The notes beneath the pieces were generated by a model. It worked only from the letters and a program-made list of their open reading frames with translations, ran no database searches and was not told where the DNA came from. From Peptococcaceae bacterium (GTDB taxonomy: Bacteria; Bacillota; Peptococcia; DRI-13; PHAD01), in assembly GCA_040767105.1 (NCBI GenBank), contig JAXGPE010000002.1:5392-69391 (forward strand): DNA of 64,000 nucleotides. The letters run 5' to 3'. The translations under genes and the position numbers were made by a program. Position 1 is the stretch's first letter; each line of letters opens with the position of its first letter. Of this stretch, positions 8,124 through 18,397 are shown one piece after another.

Positions 8124-10238
8124 TTAAATTTTTGCATTATCAAGTGCTTCCAAACCATAACGTTTAATTATGTCGATAAGCTTAAGCGGGTATTTTGAAT
8201 CCGTTGCGTAGCCACATCTCCGCAAAGCCCAGGCTCCCTGGGTGCTGTCGTGCATAACTTCTCTGAAAGGGCTGTACCTATCTCTGGTCAATAGCAAGTC
8301 CTTATGATCCGCCCAGCTTTCCTGGGGATCATTGTATGCACGGAACTCAGCATCTATGCGGTAAGAGACCCCATTATACTCCTCCCATGTGTTCGAAGTA
8401 ACAGAACCTGCAGGACCGCTTCCTTTGATACCAAAGAGGTTTTTTGATATTTGTCCTGTATACTTATCAACCGGTGTGCTTTGGCCCCATCCTGTCTCCA
8501 AAATTGCTTGGGCCGTTTGTAAAGCCGCAGACATACCGGTTTTTTCTCTAGATTCCACAGCCATTACCGCGGCAAACTCCTGAAATTTACTCTTTTCGAT
8601 TATTGGCACTGGTCCATAAAGCTTTCCTGTATATACCTGTATTTCTAGGCTTGGACTGCTAACTTCTGCGCCATTATTCTGAATGCCGGTCGCCTGGATC
8701 AGCCAGCTTCCGTTATGTTTTTCCAGCGGTATCCAGGAATATTCAATAGATGGATCATTGCCACCGCCAATCCTTTCTTTCTGCCCAGTTATTTTGTTTA
8801 TCAAATAGTAATCAACTCTGTTCAAAGGCGTATTATACTGTGCCTTAAGCTTGACCTCCCCTGTCAACACAGCCTTTGGGCCAATGCCTGCCAGATTGAT
8901 AAGCGCAGTTTTTGGCAATGTAAAACGAATGGCCCCGGTATCGTAAGTCTTTCCGGAGGTGTCAGTCACTCGAGCTATCATATCCCATGTTCCTGCTTTT
9001 TCAGGTCCCGGGAACCACCAGGCACTCAAAAGCCCAGAAGAATTTGGTATTTTTTCTTCAATTCCTGTTTGCACATTCTTTATTATATATTCGACAGAAC
9101 TTACCAAAAAGTTGCGAGATACCCAAAGCGTCAAAGGCTGTTGACCGGCATATGAAGAGGTGATCCCTTTTAATTGCATTTCTCTGGGAACATTCACTGT
9201 CAAGCTCACAGGGGAACCTTCGTAAGCATTGCCCTGATGATCATAAGCGATTGCCCGAACAGATACGACCCCGTTATCTCCCAATTGAGGTGTCCATAGA
9301 TATGTCCCATATGGATCAGTCTCACTCGATAATGTTTTCGAAACTTTACCCTCTTGAACAAATTCATATTTAACATATTCAACGGCCATATTGCTTTCAA
9401 AACTCAGTGAAACAGTACCGTTTATTTTTTGACCTTCAGCAACACCAACCAGACGGACCATCGGTGTGACTTTCATAACTACAGGTACTACACCACCGGA
9501 AAGCAAGACTCCTTGTCCGGAATAAAAAGCGGCCGCTATGACTTTGGTGCCGTGAAGCAAAGGATCAGGTTTCCATGTATATGTCGCGTTTATATCATTG
9601 CCTCTGGCGATGACCTTCCCTTCGCCAGAAAGGGGTTCAAACAAATAGAACCTTATCTCATTTGCACCGAGTTCTGTCGCCTCTTTTGAATAGGCGCTCA
9701 GAAGAGTCGTCCCGCTAATGATCTGATTCTCTTTTATATTATTTATCGTGGTCTGATAGATTTCGAGGAATCCTGCCGATCTTTCTGAATCAACGAATAC
9801 TGTCCTTGTTTCTGCTTCCCAATCGACATATATACCCAAAATATTAGCTACTAATCTAAGCGGGACAAATGTTCTGTCATTGTATATCAATGGTGCAGTA
9901 TCACTAATTCCGAAAACGCTTTCTTTATCGCTGGAGCAAAATAGTTTATTATCAATCCATAACAATGCGGTACTCCCATCTTTTGATACCTTTACACTTC
10001 TATCTGTCTCGGACCACTCTACTTCAGCTCCGAGATTTTCCGAAATCAAACGCAATGGTACCATGGTTCGAGAGTCCCTGATCATCGGAGCCGGATCAGC
10101 AGATATCTCACGGCTATTGATGAACAGCCTGACTCCCTCCGCGGCCTCTGCTGTCGGAGATGATAAATTCAATATCAGCAGTGCTAAGCACAATATTAAA
10201 AATATTATCGATATATGCTCTATCTTACTTTTCAACAA
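8124..10238 (-). CDS. secreted peptidoglycan hydrolase: copper-amine-oxidase N-terminal (stalk) domain, Ig-like repeats, GH73 glucosaminidase
   Basis: Signal peptide; RTMVPLRLISE/RTFVPLRLVAN; AQAILETGWG, NLFGIK, GYATDSKY; GGAGG 8 nt before TTG 10238. Confidence 0.85.
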   Translation of the reverse strand: MLKSKIEHISIIFLILCLALLILNLSSPTAEAAEGVRLFINSREISADPAPMIRDSRTMVPLRLISENLGAEVEWSETDRSVKVSKDGSTALLWIDNKLFCSSDKESVFGISDTAPLIYNDRTFVPLRLVANILGIYVDWEAETRTVFVDSERSAGFLEIYQTTINNIKENQIISGTTLLSAYSKEATELGANEIRFYLFEPLSGEGKVIARGNDINATYTWKPDPLLHGTKVIAAAFYSGQGVLLSGGVVPVVMKVTPMVRLVGVAEGQKINGTVSLSFESNMAVEYVKYEFVQEGKVSKTLSSETDPYGTYLWTPQLGDNGVVSVRAIAYDHQGNAYEGSPVSLTVNVPREMQLKGITSSYAGQQPLTLWVSRNFLVSSVEYIIKNVQTGIEEKIPNSSGLLSAWWFPGPEKAGTWDMIARVTDTSGKTYDTGAIRFTLPKTALINLAGIGPKAVLTGEVKLKAQYNTPLNRVDYYLINKITGQKERIGGGNDPSIEYSWIPLEKHNGSWLIQATGIQNNGAEVSSPSLEIQVYTGKLYGPVPIIEKSKFQEFAAVMAVESREKTGMSAALQTAQAILETGWGQSTPVDKYTGQISKNLFGIKGSGPAGSVTSNTWEEYNGVSYRIDAEFRAYNDPQESWADHKDLLLTRDRYSPFREVMHDSTQGAWALRRCGYATDSKYPLKLIDIIKRYGLEALDNAKI

Positions 10239-10344
10239 TCTACCCGCCTCCTTCTTTGAAAATATAATTGCTTCCATTAATCTTTGCTGTAAGGTACAAT
10301 AACTTCGAACACCTTTATATTCTATAGAATCACGAGGATAACCT

Positions 10345-11508
10345 ATGTCCATAGAAAAAATAATTTATCAGGATAAAGAGATCCTGCTTGTAGGAACAGC
10401 TCACGTTTCTCGGCAAAGTGCGGATGAAGTTTCCGAAATAATTGAACTGGAGCAGCCCGACACTGTATGTGTGGAGCTTTGTGCATCAAGATATAGATCA
10501 ATCATGGATCGTGACGGCTGGCAGAAAACGGACATAATCAAGGTCATCCGCGAACATAAATCATCTTTGCTTTTGGTTAATCTGATATTATCCTCCTTTC
10601 AAGGACGATTGGCAAAGCAGTTCGGGATACGTCCTGGGCAGGAAATGATCCAGGGTATCCTTTCCGCCCACGCGATCGGTGCTGATCTTGTACTGGCTGA
10701 TCGTGAAATTCAAATCACCTTTCAACGTTTATGGCACGGATTGGGTATCTGGGATAAAACCAAACTTTTATTTATGATAATATTGAGTATTTTTAACGAT
10801 GAGGAGCTTAGTGAAGCCGAGATCGAAAAACTGAAGTCTGCGGATATGCTTGCGATGGCTCTTAACGATATGTCTGAAGGATTTCCACAGTTGAAAAATA
10901 TTTTGATAGATGAACGGGATATTTATTTAGCACAAAAAATCAAGAATGCTCCTGGGAATAAGATCGTTGCTATTGTAGGTGCCGGGCATATGACCGGTGT
11001 CATGGACAGGATCACAGATGAATATGACCTTTCTTCTCTTGAATATGTTCCCAGCAAATCAAAAAAAACTCGAATCTTATCCTGGATAATTCCCCTGTTT
11101 ATTATAATTATGATAATTTCGACATTTACCATTGATAGTTCTATTGGACGAGGACAAATTCTCTCCTGGATCTTATGGAATGGTACTTTGTCAGCTTTGG
11201 GAGCCCTTATAGCTTTTGCTCATCCCATTTCTATCCTTGTTGCTTTTCTTGCCGCACCATTTACATCACTCAATCCATTGCTTGCTGCCGGTTGGTTTGC
11301 CGGCCTTTGTGAGGCATACCTAAAAAAGCCTAATGTTGCGGATTTCGAGAGTCTTCCGGAAGACCTCGTAAGCATTAGAGGATTTTGGACCAACAAATTC
11401 ACTCATATTCTTATTGTAGTTGCACTGGCAAACATCGGCAGCACTGCCGGAACTGTAATCGGCGGAACTGAAGTAGTCAAGACTTTTATCAACACCCTGC
11501 TGAATTGA
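10345..11508 (+). CDS. TraB/PrgY/GumN family membrane protein
   Basis: LVGTAHVS, VCVELC, LIDERD, VGAGH; C-terminal transmembrane helices. Confidence 0.85.
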   Translation: MSIEKIIYQDKEILLVGTAHVSRQSADEVSEIIELEQPDTVCVELCASRYRSIMDRDGWQKTDIIKVIREHKSSLLLVNLILSSFQGRLAKQFGIRPGQEMIQGILSAHAIGADLVLADREIQITFQRLWHGLGIWDKTKLLFMIILSIFNDEELSEAEIEKLKSADMLAMALNDMSEGFPQLKNILIDERDIYLAQKIKNAPGNKIVAIVGAGHMTGVMDRITDEYDLSSLEYVPSKSKKTRILSWIIPLFIIIMIISTFTIDSSIGRGQILSWILWNGTLSALGALIAFAHPISILVAFLAAPFTSLNPLLAAGWFAGLCEAYLKKPNVADFESLPEDLVSIRGFWTNKFTHILIVVALANIGSTAGTVIGGTEVVKTFINTLLN

Positions 11509-11585
11509 AAAGACATTATAGAAATTTCAGGGAAAAATCGATCTAACAACATTTAATTATATATGACAAAAGAAGAACAGAACTA

Positions 11586-11613
11586 TTGAATTTTTGGTAC
11601 CGAGTAGTATAAT
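11586..11613 (+). promoter_or_regulatory. putative sigma-A promoter of the Ehr operon
   Basis: TTGAAT-N16-TATAAT. Confidence 0.5.
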
Positions 11614-11652
11614 TCATTATGTGTTTGTAAGTTTTAGGGGGCCTGCATTGCT

Positions 11653-13683
11653 GTGTCTTATTTACTCGGTCTTATTGTCCCAGCCTATCTGTCAACTATT
11701 GGCCTATCTTTGTTATTAAACAGGAACAAATCATGGAACAATTTCATTATCAATTTATTAAGCGCAGCCGTATCAATGTTCGCGCTTATTTTGCTTTGTA
11801 TTTATTTATATACTGGAACTAACGCAATTGACTTAGTCTATTTTAAACTCCCAATTTCTTATCTGACCTTTGAACTTCAACTAGATCCCCTATCGGCTCT
11901 CTTCTGCATATGTCTTTCTTTGCTTTCATCTCTGGTCGCTGTATACTCGGTAGGGTATATGAAGCAATACCTGACGAGGATCAATATTGGTCTGTTCAAC
12001 GCTATGATCAATGCTTTTATCCTTTCCATGTTTTTAGTCTTTACCGCAGCAAATTTAGTTACATTCTTGTTTTGTTGGGAAATAATGTCGCTCATTTCTT
12101 ATGCTTTGGTTGTTTTTGACACGGAAAAAACTGAAAATAGCAAGGCAGGGCTTCTATATATAATTATGACCCATTTGGGGACAGCATTTTTAATGATCGG
12201 CATCATGCTACTTTACACCTCAACCGGATCTCTTGAAATGCTCCCGATTGAAAATACACTTACCCCTAAAATAAGAAATTTAATTTTTATCAGTTTCTTG
12301 ATTGGTTTCGGAGTGAAAGCAGGAATTATCCCGCTGCATATCTGGCTACCGAGAGCGCATCCCGCTGCACACAGTAATGTTTCCTCTCTTATGTCGGGGA
12401 TCATGATCAAAACTGCAATCTACGGATTTATTCGTTTCACTCTTTATATCCTAGGGATCAATGATACATGGTGGGGAACTTTGATCCTTATTCTTGGGAT
12501 CATCTCATCATTGCTTGGTGTCGCTTACGCTCTGATGGAACACAATTATAAAAGGCTTTTAGCTTACCATAGTATTGAAAATATAGGCATCATCCTTATT
12601 GGTATAGGGACATCGTACATCGCTTATGCGACAAACCACATGCCTGTTGCAGCCTTGGCATTAGCTTCCGCTTTATTCCACACCCTCAACCACACAATAT
12701 TTAAAGGCGCCCTGTTCATGGGAGCCGGAGCGCTTCATTATTCCACTGGGACAAAAGACTTGGAGGAACTTGGTGGGTTAATGAAAAGGATGCCTTACAC
12801 CGGTCTTTTTGTGCTTTTGGCTTCCTTGTCCATTTCTGCTTTACCCCCCTTTAACGGTTTTGTCAGCGAATGGTTAACGTATCAATCTGTTTTCCAGCTT
12901 TTTTCTTTTTCAACAAAAGAAGTAACTATTTTATCGATATTATCGGTAGCTGCTCTTGCCATGGCCGGAGCTATGGCCTTGGCCTGTTTTGTTAAATTTA
13001 TTGGTATTGCTTTTTTGGGCCAATCGCGAAGTCCACATGCGGCAAAGGCAAGTGAAGTTTCAAAATCTATGCTTTTGGGCCTCGGAATTCCGGCGTTCCT
13101 TTGTCTGGGGATCGGTATTTTTCCTCAATCTGTTACACTGCTATTAAATTCAGTGATTGTTGACCATTTTAATTTCCCTCTTGAAAAGCAAATGAATATA
13201 TTTGTTTTTCAAGACTTTGCTCCTATACACACCAATAATACTTCAATATCCCTATTGGCAGTTCTTTGTTCTCTTATATCAATTCTGATTTTTTTCTATA
13301 TTTTGATCAGGTTTCTAAGCCGCAGCAGCATAAAACGTCTGTATAAAACCTGGGATTGCGGTTTTGGTACGCTTTCTCCACGTACACAGTATACGGCTAC
13401 CGGTTTTTCCAAGCCTTTCCGCATAGTCTTTCGTTTGCTTTACCGCCCGACAAGAAAACTTTCCATGGTCAAAGGTCCTTCTGATTATTATCCGCTTGAT
13501 TTAGATTATACGGTATCCACTGAACCGGTTATTGAAAAATACTTTTATATGCCTTTGGTCAAGAGGTTTACTCGTCTCGCTCGAAAAACACGCTTCTACA
13601 TCCAGACCGGGAGCGTCCATATCTACCTGGTTTATATATTTATAGCTCTGATACTTTTTCTTGTCTATAATTTGATTTATTAA
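11653..13683 (+). CDS. hyfB: hydrogenase-4/Ehr antiporter-like membrane subunit
   Basis: PLHIWLPRAHPAA, KRLLAYHSIENIG, LPPFNGFVSEW, WDCG. Confidence 0.85.
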   Translation: MSYLLGLIVPAYLSTIGLSLLLNRNKSWNNFIINLLSAAVSMFALILLCIYLYTGTNAIDLVYFKLPISYLTFELQLDPLSALFCICLSLLSSLVAVYSVGYMKQYLTRINIGLFNAMINAFILSMFLVFTAANLVTFLFCWEIMSLISYALVVFDTEKTENSKAGLLYIIMTHLGTAFLMIGIMLLYTSTGSLEMLPIENTLTPKIRNLIFISFLIGFGVKAGIIPLHIWLPRAHPAAHSNVSSLMSGIMIKTAIYGFIRFTLYILGINDTWWGTLILILGIISSLLGVAYALMEHNYKRLLAYHSIENIGIILIGIGTSYIAYATNHMPVAALALASALFHTLNHTIFKGALFMGAGALHYSTGTKDLEELGGLMKRMPYTGLFVLLASLSISALPPFNGFVSEWLTYQSVFQLFSFSTKEVTILSILSVAALAMAGAMALACFVKFIGIAFLGQSRSPHAAKASEVSKSMLLGLGIPAFLCLGIGIFPQSVTLLLNSVIVDHFNFPLEKQMNIFVFQDFAPIHTNNTSISLLAVLCSLISILIFFYILIRFLSRSSIKRLYKTWDCGFGTLSPRTQYTATGFSKPFRIVFRLLYRPTRKLSMVKGPSDYYPLDLDYTVSTEPVIEKYFYMPLVKRFTRLARKTRFYIQTGSVHIYLVYIFIALILFLVYNLIY

Positions 13684-13703
13684 TGCTAATAGGGAGAATC
13701 AGC

Positions 13704-14654
13704 ATGAATCAAATCTTGTATATCATCATCCAGCTTATTTTAATAATACTTATAGCTCCTGCCGTTAACGGAGTAATTGGAAAAATCAAGGCTTTTTCTC
13801 AGAAGCGCAAAGGACCGCCCCTGCTTCAAATGTACTATGATCTGCTGAAATTGTTAAAAAAAGACGTGGTCGTATCCGAAACCGCTTCCTGGATCCACTG
13901 CGCCACTCCTTATATCTCTTTTGCCACATCCACTTTGGCAGCGATGTTTTTTCCCTTAACAGGATCCTTGAACAGCATCTCTTTTCAGGGTGATATGATC
14001 CTTGCTGTCTATATTCTCGCTGTCGGCAGATTCTTTATGACTTTGGCTGCTTTGGATACAGGAAGTACTTTCGGTGGCATGGGAAGTAGCAGGGAAGTTC
14101 TGATAAGCTCGCTGATGGAACCGGCACTGATAATTGTGCTTTTCACGCTTGGCTTGATCAGCGGCTCAACCTCTGTTTCTGATGTTATGCTTAAAAATAT
14201 TTCGGATGGTCCGTTGATTTATAACCCCCACGTATTATTGATATTTGCATCAGTTTTGATAATTCTGATCGCAGAAACCTCCAGGATACCTGTCGATGAC
14301 CCGTCAACACACCTTGAATTGACCATGGTCCACGAGGCGATGCTGCTTGAGTACTCAGGCAAATATTTAGCACTTATGGAAATGTCCTCGGCAATAAAAC
14401 AGTTGATTTTTATTACCCTTCTCGTAAATCTATTTTTACCTTTAAACCCTTCCATCTCAGGTCTTTCATGGCCGCTGGTATTTTTGGCGGGATTGCTTGT
14501 ATATCTTTTAAAAGTATTATTTATATCCATTATCGTTGCCTTTATCGAGATTTTCACTGTTAAGCTTCGTTTCTTCAGTGTACCTAATCTTGCTGCTATC
14601 TCTTTTGCTCTGGCGTTTATCGGTTTTATGCAATATTTTGTCATCGGGAGGTAA
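13704..14654 (+). CDS. hyfC: hydrogenase-4/Ehr NuoH-like membrane subunit
   Basis: FGGMGSSRE, AETSRIPVDDPSTHLELTMVHE; GGGAG before ATG 13704. Confidence 0.85.
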   Translation: MNQILYIIIQLILIILIAPAVNGVIGKIKAFSQKRKGPPLLQMYYDLLKLLKKDVVVSETASWIHCATPYISFATSTLAAMFFPLTGSLNSISFQGDMILAVYILAVGRFFMTLAALDTGSTFGGMGSSREVLISSLMEPALIIVLFTLGLISGSTSVSDVMLKNISDGPLIYNPHVLLIFASVLIILIAETSRIPVDDPSTHLELTMVHEAMLLEYSGKYLALMEMSSAIKQLIFITLLVNLFLPLNPSISGLSWPLVFLAGLLVYLLKVLFISIIVAFIEIFTVKLRFFSVPNLAAISFALAFIGFMQYFVIGR

Positions 14655-14656
14655 CC

Positions 14657-15313
14657 ATGGTCGCTTTTCTAGATTCACTCTCTGTGCTTATTCTTGCTTC
14701 TGCGATTGCTTTGACTGCAGCGAAAAGAATCAACTCCTATATCAGAGTTTTTTGCCTGCAATCATTTTTACTCTTCTTAGCCACCTTTAGTATAGGTATT
14801 AATAGCTTGTTTGCTGACGGACATTTTGATATCTTATTGCTTTCTATAGTAATTTTCATGCTCAAAGTTATCTATATCCCGAATTTGTTGAAAAATATTT
14901 ATGCTAAAACCGCCTATAAAGTCGAAAAAGATTTTTTTATAAATATTCCAAGTTCGATAATAATATGTATTTTTATAATAATTTTGACCTACTTCTCGCT
15001 TAACACACTTGAAGGACTTATTGATGGTCACACTAGATACTATCTAGTCAATTCCATATCTGTCGTCCTGATAGGAATGTTTTTTATGATCGCACGCAAA
15101 AAAGCGATCGGACAAATCGTTGGTTTTCTAGTACTCGAAAACGGTATGTTTACTACGGCGATCCTTTCGGCTCATGGAATGCCAGTCATAGTTGATTTGG
15201 GTATTTTGATAGATTTGCTGACAGCGGTTATGATCATGGGTGTTCTTGTTTTTAGAATAAACGAACGCTTCGACTCAATAGATATTAATCGGCTGAGAAA
15301 CTTGAGGGGTTAA
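14657..15313 (+). CDS. hyfE: hydrogenase-4/Ehr membrane subunit E
   Basis: QIVGFLVLENG, C-terminal LRNLRG; operon position. Confidence 0.8.
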   Translation: MVAFLDSLSVLILASAIALTAAKRINSYIRVFCLQSFLLFLATFSIGINSLFADGHFDILLLSIVIFMLKVIYIPNLLKNIYAKTAYKVEKDFFINIPSSIIICIFIIILTYFSLNTLEGLIDGHTRYYLVNSISVVLIGMFFMIARKKAIGQIVGFLVLENGMFTTAILSAHGMPVIVDLGILIDLLTAVMIMGVLVFRINERFDSIDINRLRNLRG

Positions 15314-15314
15314 G

Positions 15315-16790
15315 ATGGGTTTATTGTTAATTATTGTACCGTTGATCGAATCGCTAGGTTATTTTATGCTTCCTTCAAAGAGGAGCTTATTTGTGCTGAA
15401 TGTCCTCGGATCAGCTTTACTGCTCACCATTGCGGCTTATATTACCTTCCAAGTTCATATCAACGGCCCATTGACCTACCCTTGGCTTAACGGTTTCTTT
15501 TATATCGATGCTTTAAGCATATTAGTGCTCGACATAACCGTGATCATCGGATTGCTAGTTGCTGTCTATTCAATCGGTTACATTGGATATGAATATAAGG
15601 GGACTGATAGTTTCCCCCGTGTACGCCTGTTTTATGCACTAAAAGCTATTTTTATCTTTACTATGATCATGGTCACTACAACTCAGAATTTTGGCCTGAT
15701 GTGGATCGCGCTTGAAGCAACAACGCTTGCTTCGGTTTTTCTCGTTGGCTTTGCAAACAATAAGCGTTCACTTGAAGCAGCTTGGAAATATATTATTATT
15801 TGTTCTGTCGGTATAGCTTTAGCTTTTTTAGGAATAATACTTTTATATTTTTCTTCATTGCAATCGGCACAGAACATTGCTCCTTCTTTAAACTGGACTT
15901 TTTTATTAGAGAACTCTGAACGATTACATCAAGGTATTTTAAAAATAGCTTTTATTTTTATTCTTGTTGGCTTTGGGACAAAAGCAGGTCTGGTCCCTAT
16001 GCACACCTGGCTGCCGGATGCACACAGTGAAGCTCCTTCGCCAATAAGTGCACTGCTTTCAGGGGTTTTGCTCAACAATGCCATGTACGGTATAATCCGT
16101 TTCCTCTCCGTCATTGATAAGAGTCTGCATGATTCTCTATTTACAGGAAGACTGATGATCTTTCTTGGTCTGCTCTCTCTGAGTGCTGCCGCAATATTTA
16201 TTTTGGCTCAGAAAGACTACAAGCGTCTGCTTGCATATTCCAGCATCGAACATATAGGCATTATCTCCCTGGCCTTAGGAATTTTCACTCCGGTATCTTT
16301 ATTTGCTGCATTCCTGCACATGTTCAATCATTCAATGACTAAAGCGTTGCTCTTTCTTGCATCCGGAAATATTTTTCAGCGATTTAAATCTAAAGATATT
16401 AACCATGTGCGTGGTTTGCTGAAAATAATGCCCTTAACAGGCGGGGTTTTTTTCCTTGGTGCTATGGCAATATCCGGCCTGCCTCCTTTTAGTATATTTT
16501 TCAGCGAGCTCGCTGTTACCATTGCCATCTTCTCTGCAGGGCATCAAAATATTGGCATGCTCTTTATATTTCTGCTGGCTTTCGTCTTCTCCAGTATAGC
16601 GTACACACTTTTTAGAATTTTTTTTGGTTCGCCAAAAAATCTGCCGGTATCCTTTTACAAGAATAGAGCAGGAGATGCAGTGCTCATTGTTTTAATTGCT
16701 GTTGTATCGATAAGCGGTCTTTTCCTCCCGGAACAAATAGTGAAACTTATTAATGCCGCTGTGCTTACTATAAGTGGAGGAGGTTACTAA
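15315..16790 (+). CDS. hyfF: hydrogenase-4/Ehr antiporter-like membrane subunit F
   Basis: SLEAAWKY, PMHTWLPDAHSEAP, KRLLAYSSIEH. Confidence 0.85.
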   Translation: MGLLLIIVPLIESLGYFMLPSKRSLFVLNVLGSALLLTIAAYITFQVHINGPLTYPWLNGFFYIDALSILVLDITVIIGLLVAVYSIGYIGYEYKGTDSFPRVRLFYALKAIFIFTMIMVTTTQNFGLMWIALEATTLASVFLVGFANNKRSLEAAWKYIIICSVGIALAFLGIILLYFSSLQSAQNIAPSLNWTFLLENSERLHQGILKIAFIFILVGFGTKAGLVPMHTWLPDAHSEAPSPISALLSGVLLNNAMYGIIRFLSVIDKSLHDSLFTGRLMIFLGLLSLSAAAIFILAQKDYKRLLAYSSIEHIGIISLALGIFTPVSLFAAFLHMFNHSMTKALLFLASGNIFQRFKSKDINHVRGLLKIMPLTGGVFFLGAMAISGLPPFSIFFSELAVTIAIFSAGHQNIGMLFIFLLAFVFSSIAYTLFRIFFGSPKNLPVSFYKNRAGDAVLIVLIAVVSISGLFLPEQIVKLINAAVLTISGGGY

Positions 16791-16794
16791 TTAT

Positions 16795-18384
16795 ATGCAG
16801 CATATAATCGATGATTTTAAGATCGCTTTTCCCGATATGTATAACACCTATCGTCCTCTTCATGATACAGAACTTTATATTGATATTTCTGCTGCACAGA
16901 TCAAACCTTTTTGTCATTATATTCTCCAAAAATATAATGCTGCACTAGTTTCCATGTATGCAAATGATGAACGGTCGATCAATGGCAGCTATGCAATATA
17001 TTATGCATTCGCTCTGCGCAAACAAAAAATGCTCGTGATCTTAAAAACTTTGCTATCTCCTGAACAAGCTTCTTTCCCATCGATCACTCCTGAGATCCAT
17101 GCCGCTCACTTGTACGAAAGAGAGATCCGCGATCTCTTCGGCCTGGAGCCTAACGGTCATCCTGATAAGCGCTCAATGATATTCCATGACAGGCAAAATC
17201 CACATTTCTACCCTTTACGCAAGGATTCTGCGGTCAAAACATTTCATTTGTCAAATTCAGCGGATCAACTATCCTCAGAAGATTTCATACGCGTGCGCGG
17301 GGAGGGTGTTTACGAAATACCCGTTGGACCCGTTCATGCGGGGATCATCGAGCCGGGCCATTTTCGTTTTAGTGTTGCCGGAGAACCGATAATCAATCTT
17401 GAAGCTCGCTTATACTTCGTTCATAAGGGTATTGAAAAGCTTGCGGAAAAAATGTCGATTACTCGAGCTCTTTTCCTGGCTGAGCGGATTTCCGGAGATG
17501 AATCCTTTGCAAATTCATTTGCATACTGCCTCGCGGTCGAAAGAGCTGCCGGGATCAAAGCCCCTGAAAGAGCCGCTTATACGCGGGTAGTATTCGCTGA
17601 ACTTGAAAGATTGACAAGCCACCTTGGAGATTTAGCCGGGATCTGTATCGATGTCGCTTATAGTTTCGCCGCATACCAGTTCAGAATGATGCGCGGTTGG
17701 TGTTACTTGCTGGCTGAAGAACTCGCCCATAATCGTTTCTTGCGAAATATCAACAAACCCGGTGGGATCCGCGATGATTTTCTTAAAGATAAGAAAAGCT
17801 GTATATTAGAATACTTGACCAAAACAAAAAAAGAACTTGCCGAAACTGTCCGGATAATCAAAACAAATCCACTGTTCATTGATCGTATCGAAAATACTGG
17901 CATTCTCAGCTCAACAGCCGCAAAAGACTTCAATGCGGTTGGACCACCGGGAAGAGCCTCCGGACAAACATTTGATTTACGTAAAAATCTTCCCTATTCA
18001 AATTATGATCAGCTCGAATTTAAGATTCCCCGTCATCGCAATGGTGATGTTAATTGCCGAATGAATGTCAAGATCGAAGAATGCTTCAGTTCTATCGAAC
18101 TCATTCTTCAAGTCATGGAAATAATGCCTGCTGGTCAACATTTTGCAGAGATCGGCTTGATTGAACCATTCACTTATGCCATGGGTTACTGTGAATCACC
18201 CCGAGGTGAAAATATGCATTGGCTGATGATCGGGGAAAGCAATGAAATCTTTCGCTATAAGATCAGAACTCCCTCATTCTGTAACTGGCCCGCATTATGT
18301 GTGGCAGTCAAAGGAAACATAGTGCCGGATTTTCCACTTATCAATAAAAGTTTCAACCTTTCTTATGCTGGAAACGATTTATAA
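16795..18384 (+). CDS. Ehr large subunit (HyfG/NuoCD-like) without NiFe cysteines
   Basis: GPVHAGIIEPGHF; ERISGDES where RxCGxC is expected; ends FNLSYAGNDL where DPCxxC is expected. Confidence 0.85.
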   Translation: MQHIIDDFKIAFPDMYNTYRPLHDTELYIDISAAQIKPFCHYILQKYNAALVSMYANDERSINGSYAIYYAFALRKQKMLVILKTLLSPEQASFPSITPEIHAAHLYEREIRDLFGLEPNGHPDKRSMIFHDRQNPHFYPLRKDSAVKTFHLSNSADQLSSEDFIRVRGEGVYEIPVGPVHAGIIEPGHFRFSVAGEPIINLEARLYFVHKGIEKLAEKMSITRALFLAERISGDESFANSFAYCLAVERAAGIKAPERAAYTRVVFAELERLTSHLGDLAGICIDVAYSFAAYQFRMMRGWCYLLAEELAHNRFLRNINKPGGIRDDFLKDKKSCILEYLTKTKKELAETVRIIKTNPLFIDRIENTGILSSTAAKDFNAVGPPGRASGQTFDLRKNLPYSNYDQLEFKIPRHRNGDVNCRMNVKIEECFSSIELILQVMEIMPAGQHFAEIGLIEPFTYAMGYCESPRGENMHWLMIGESNEIFRYKIRTPSFCNWPALCVAVKGNIVPDFPLINKSFNLSYAGNDL

Positions 18385-18397
18385 TTTGGAGGACAAA

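Noticed and set aside
10345..11508. TraB as evidence of a conjugative element
   Set aside because: It is the TraB/PrgY family, with no relaxase, secretion system or integrase nearby.
11614..11652. Fluoride riboswitch before the Ehr operon
   Set aside because: The leader is about 35 nt and lacks the motif.
16795..18384. Group 4 [NiFe] hydrogenase or formate hydrogenlyase
   Set aside because: Both NiFe-binding cysteine motifs are absent.
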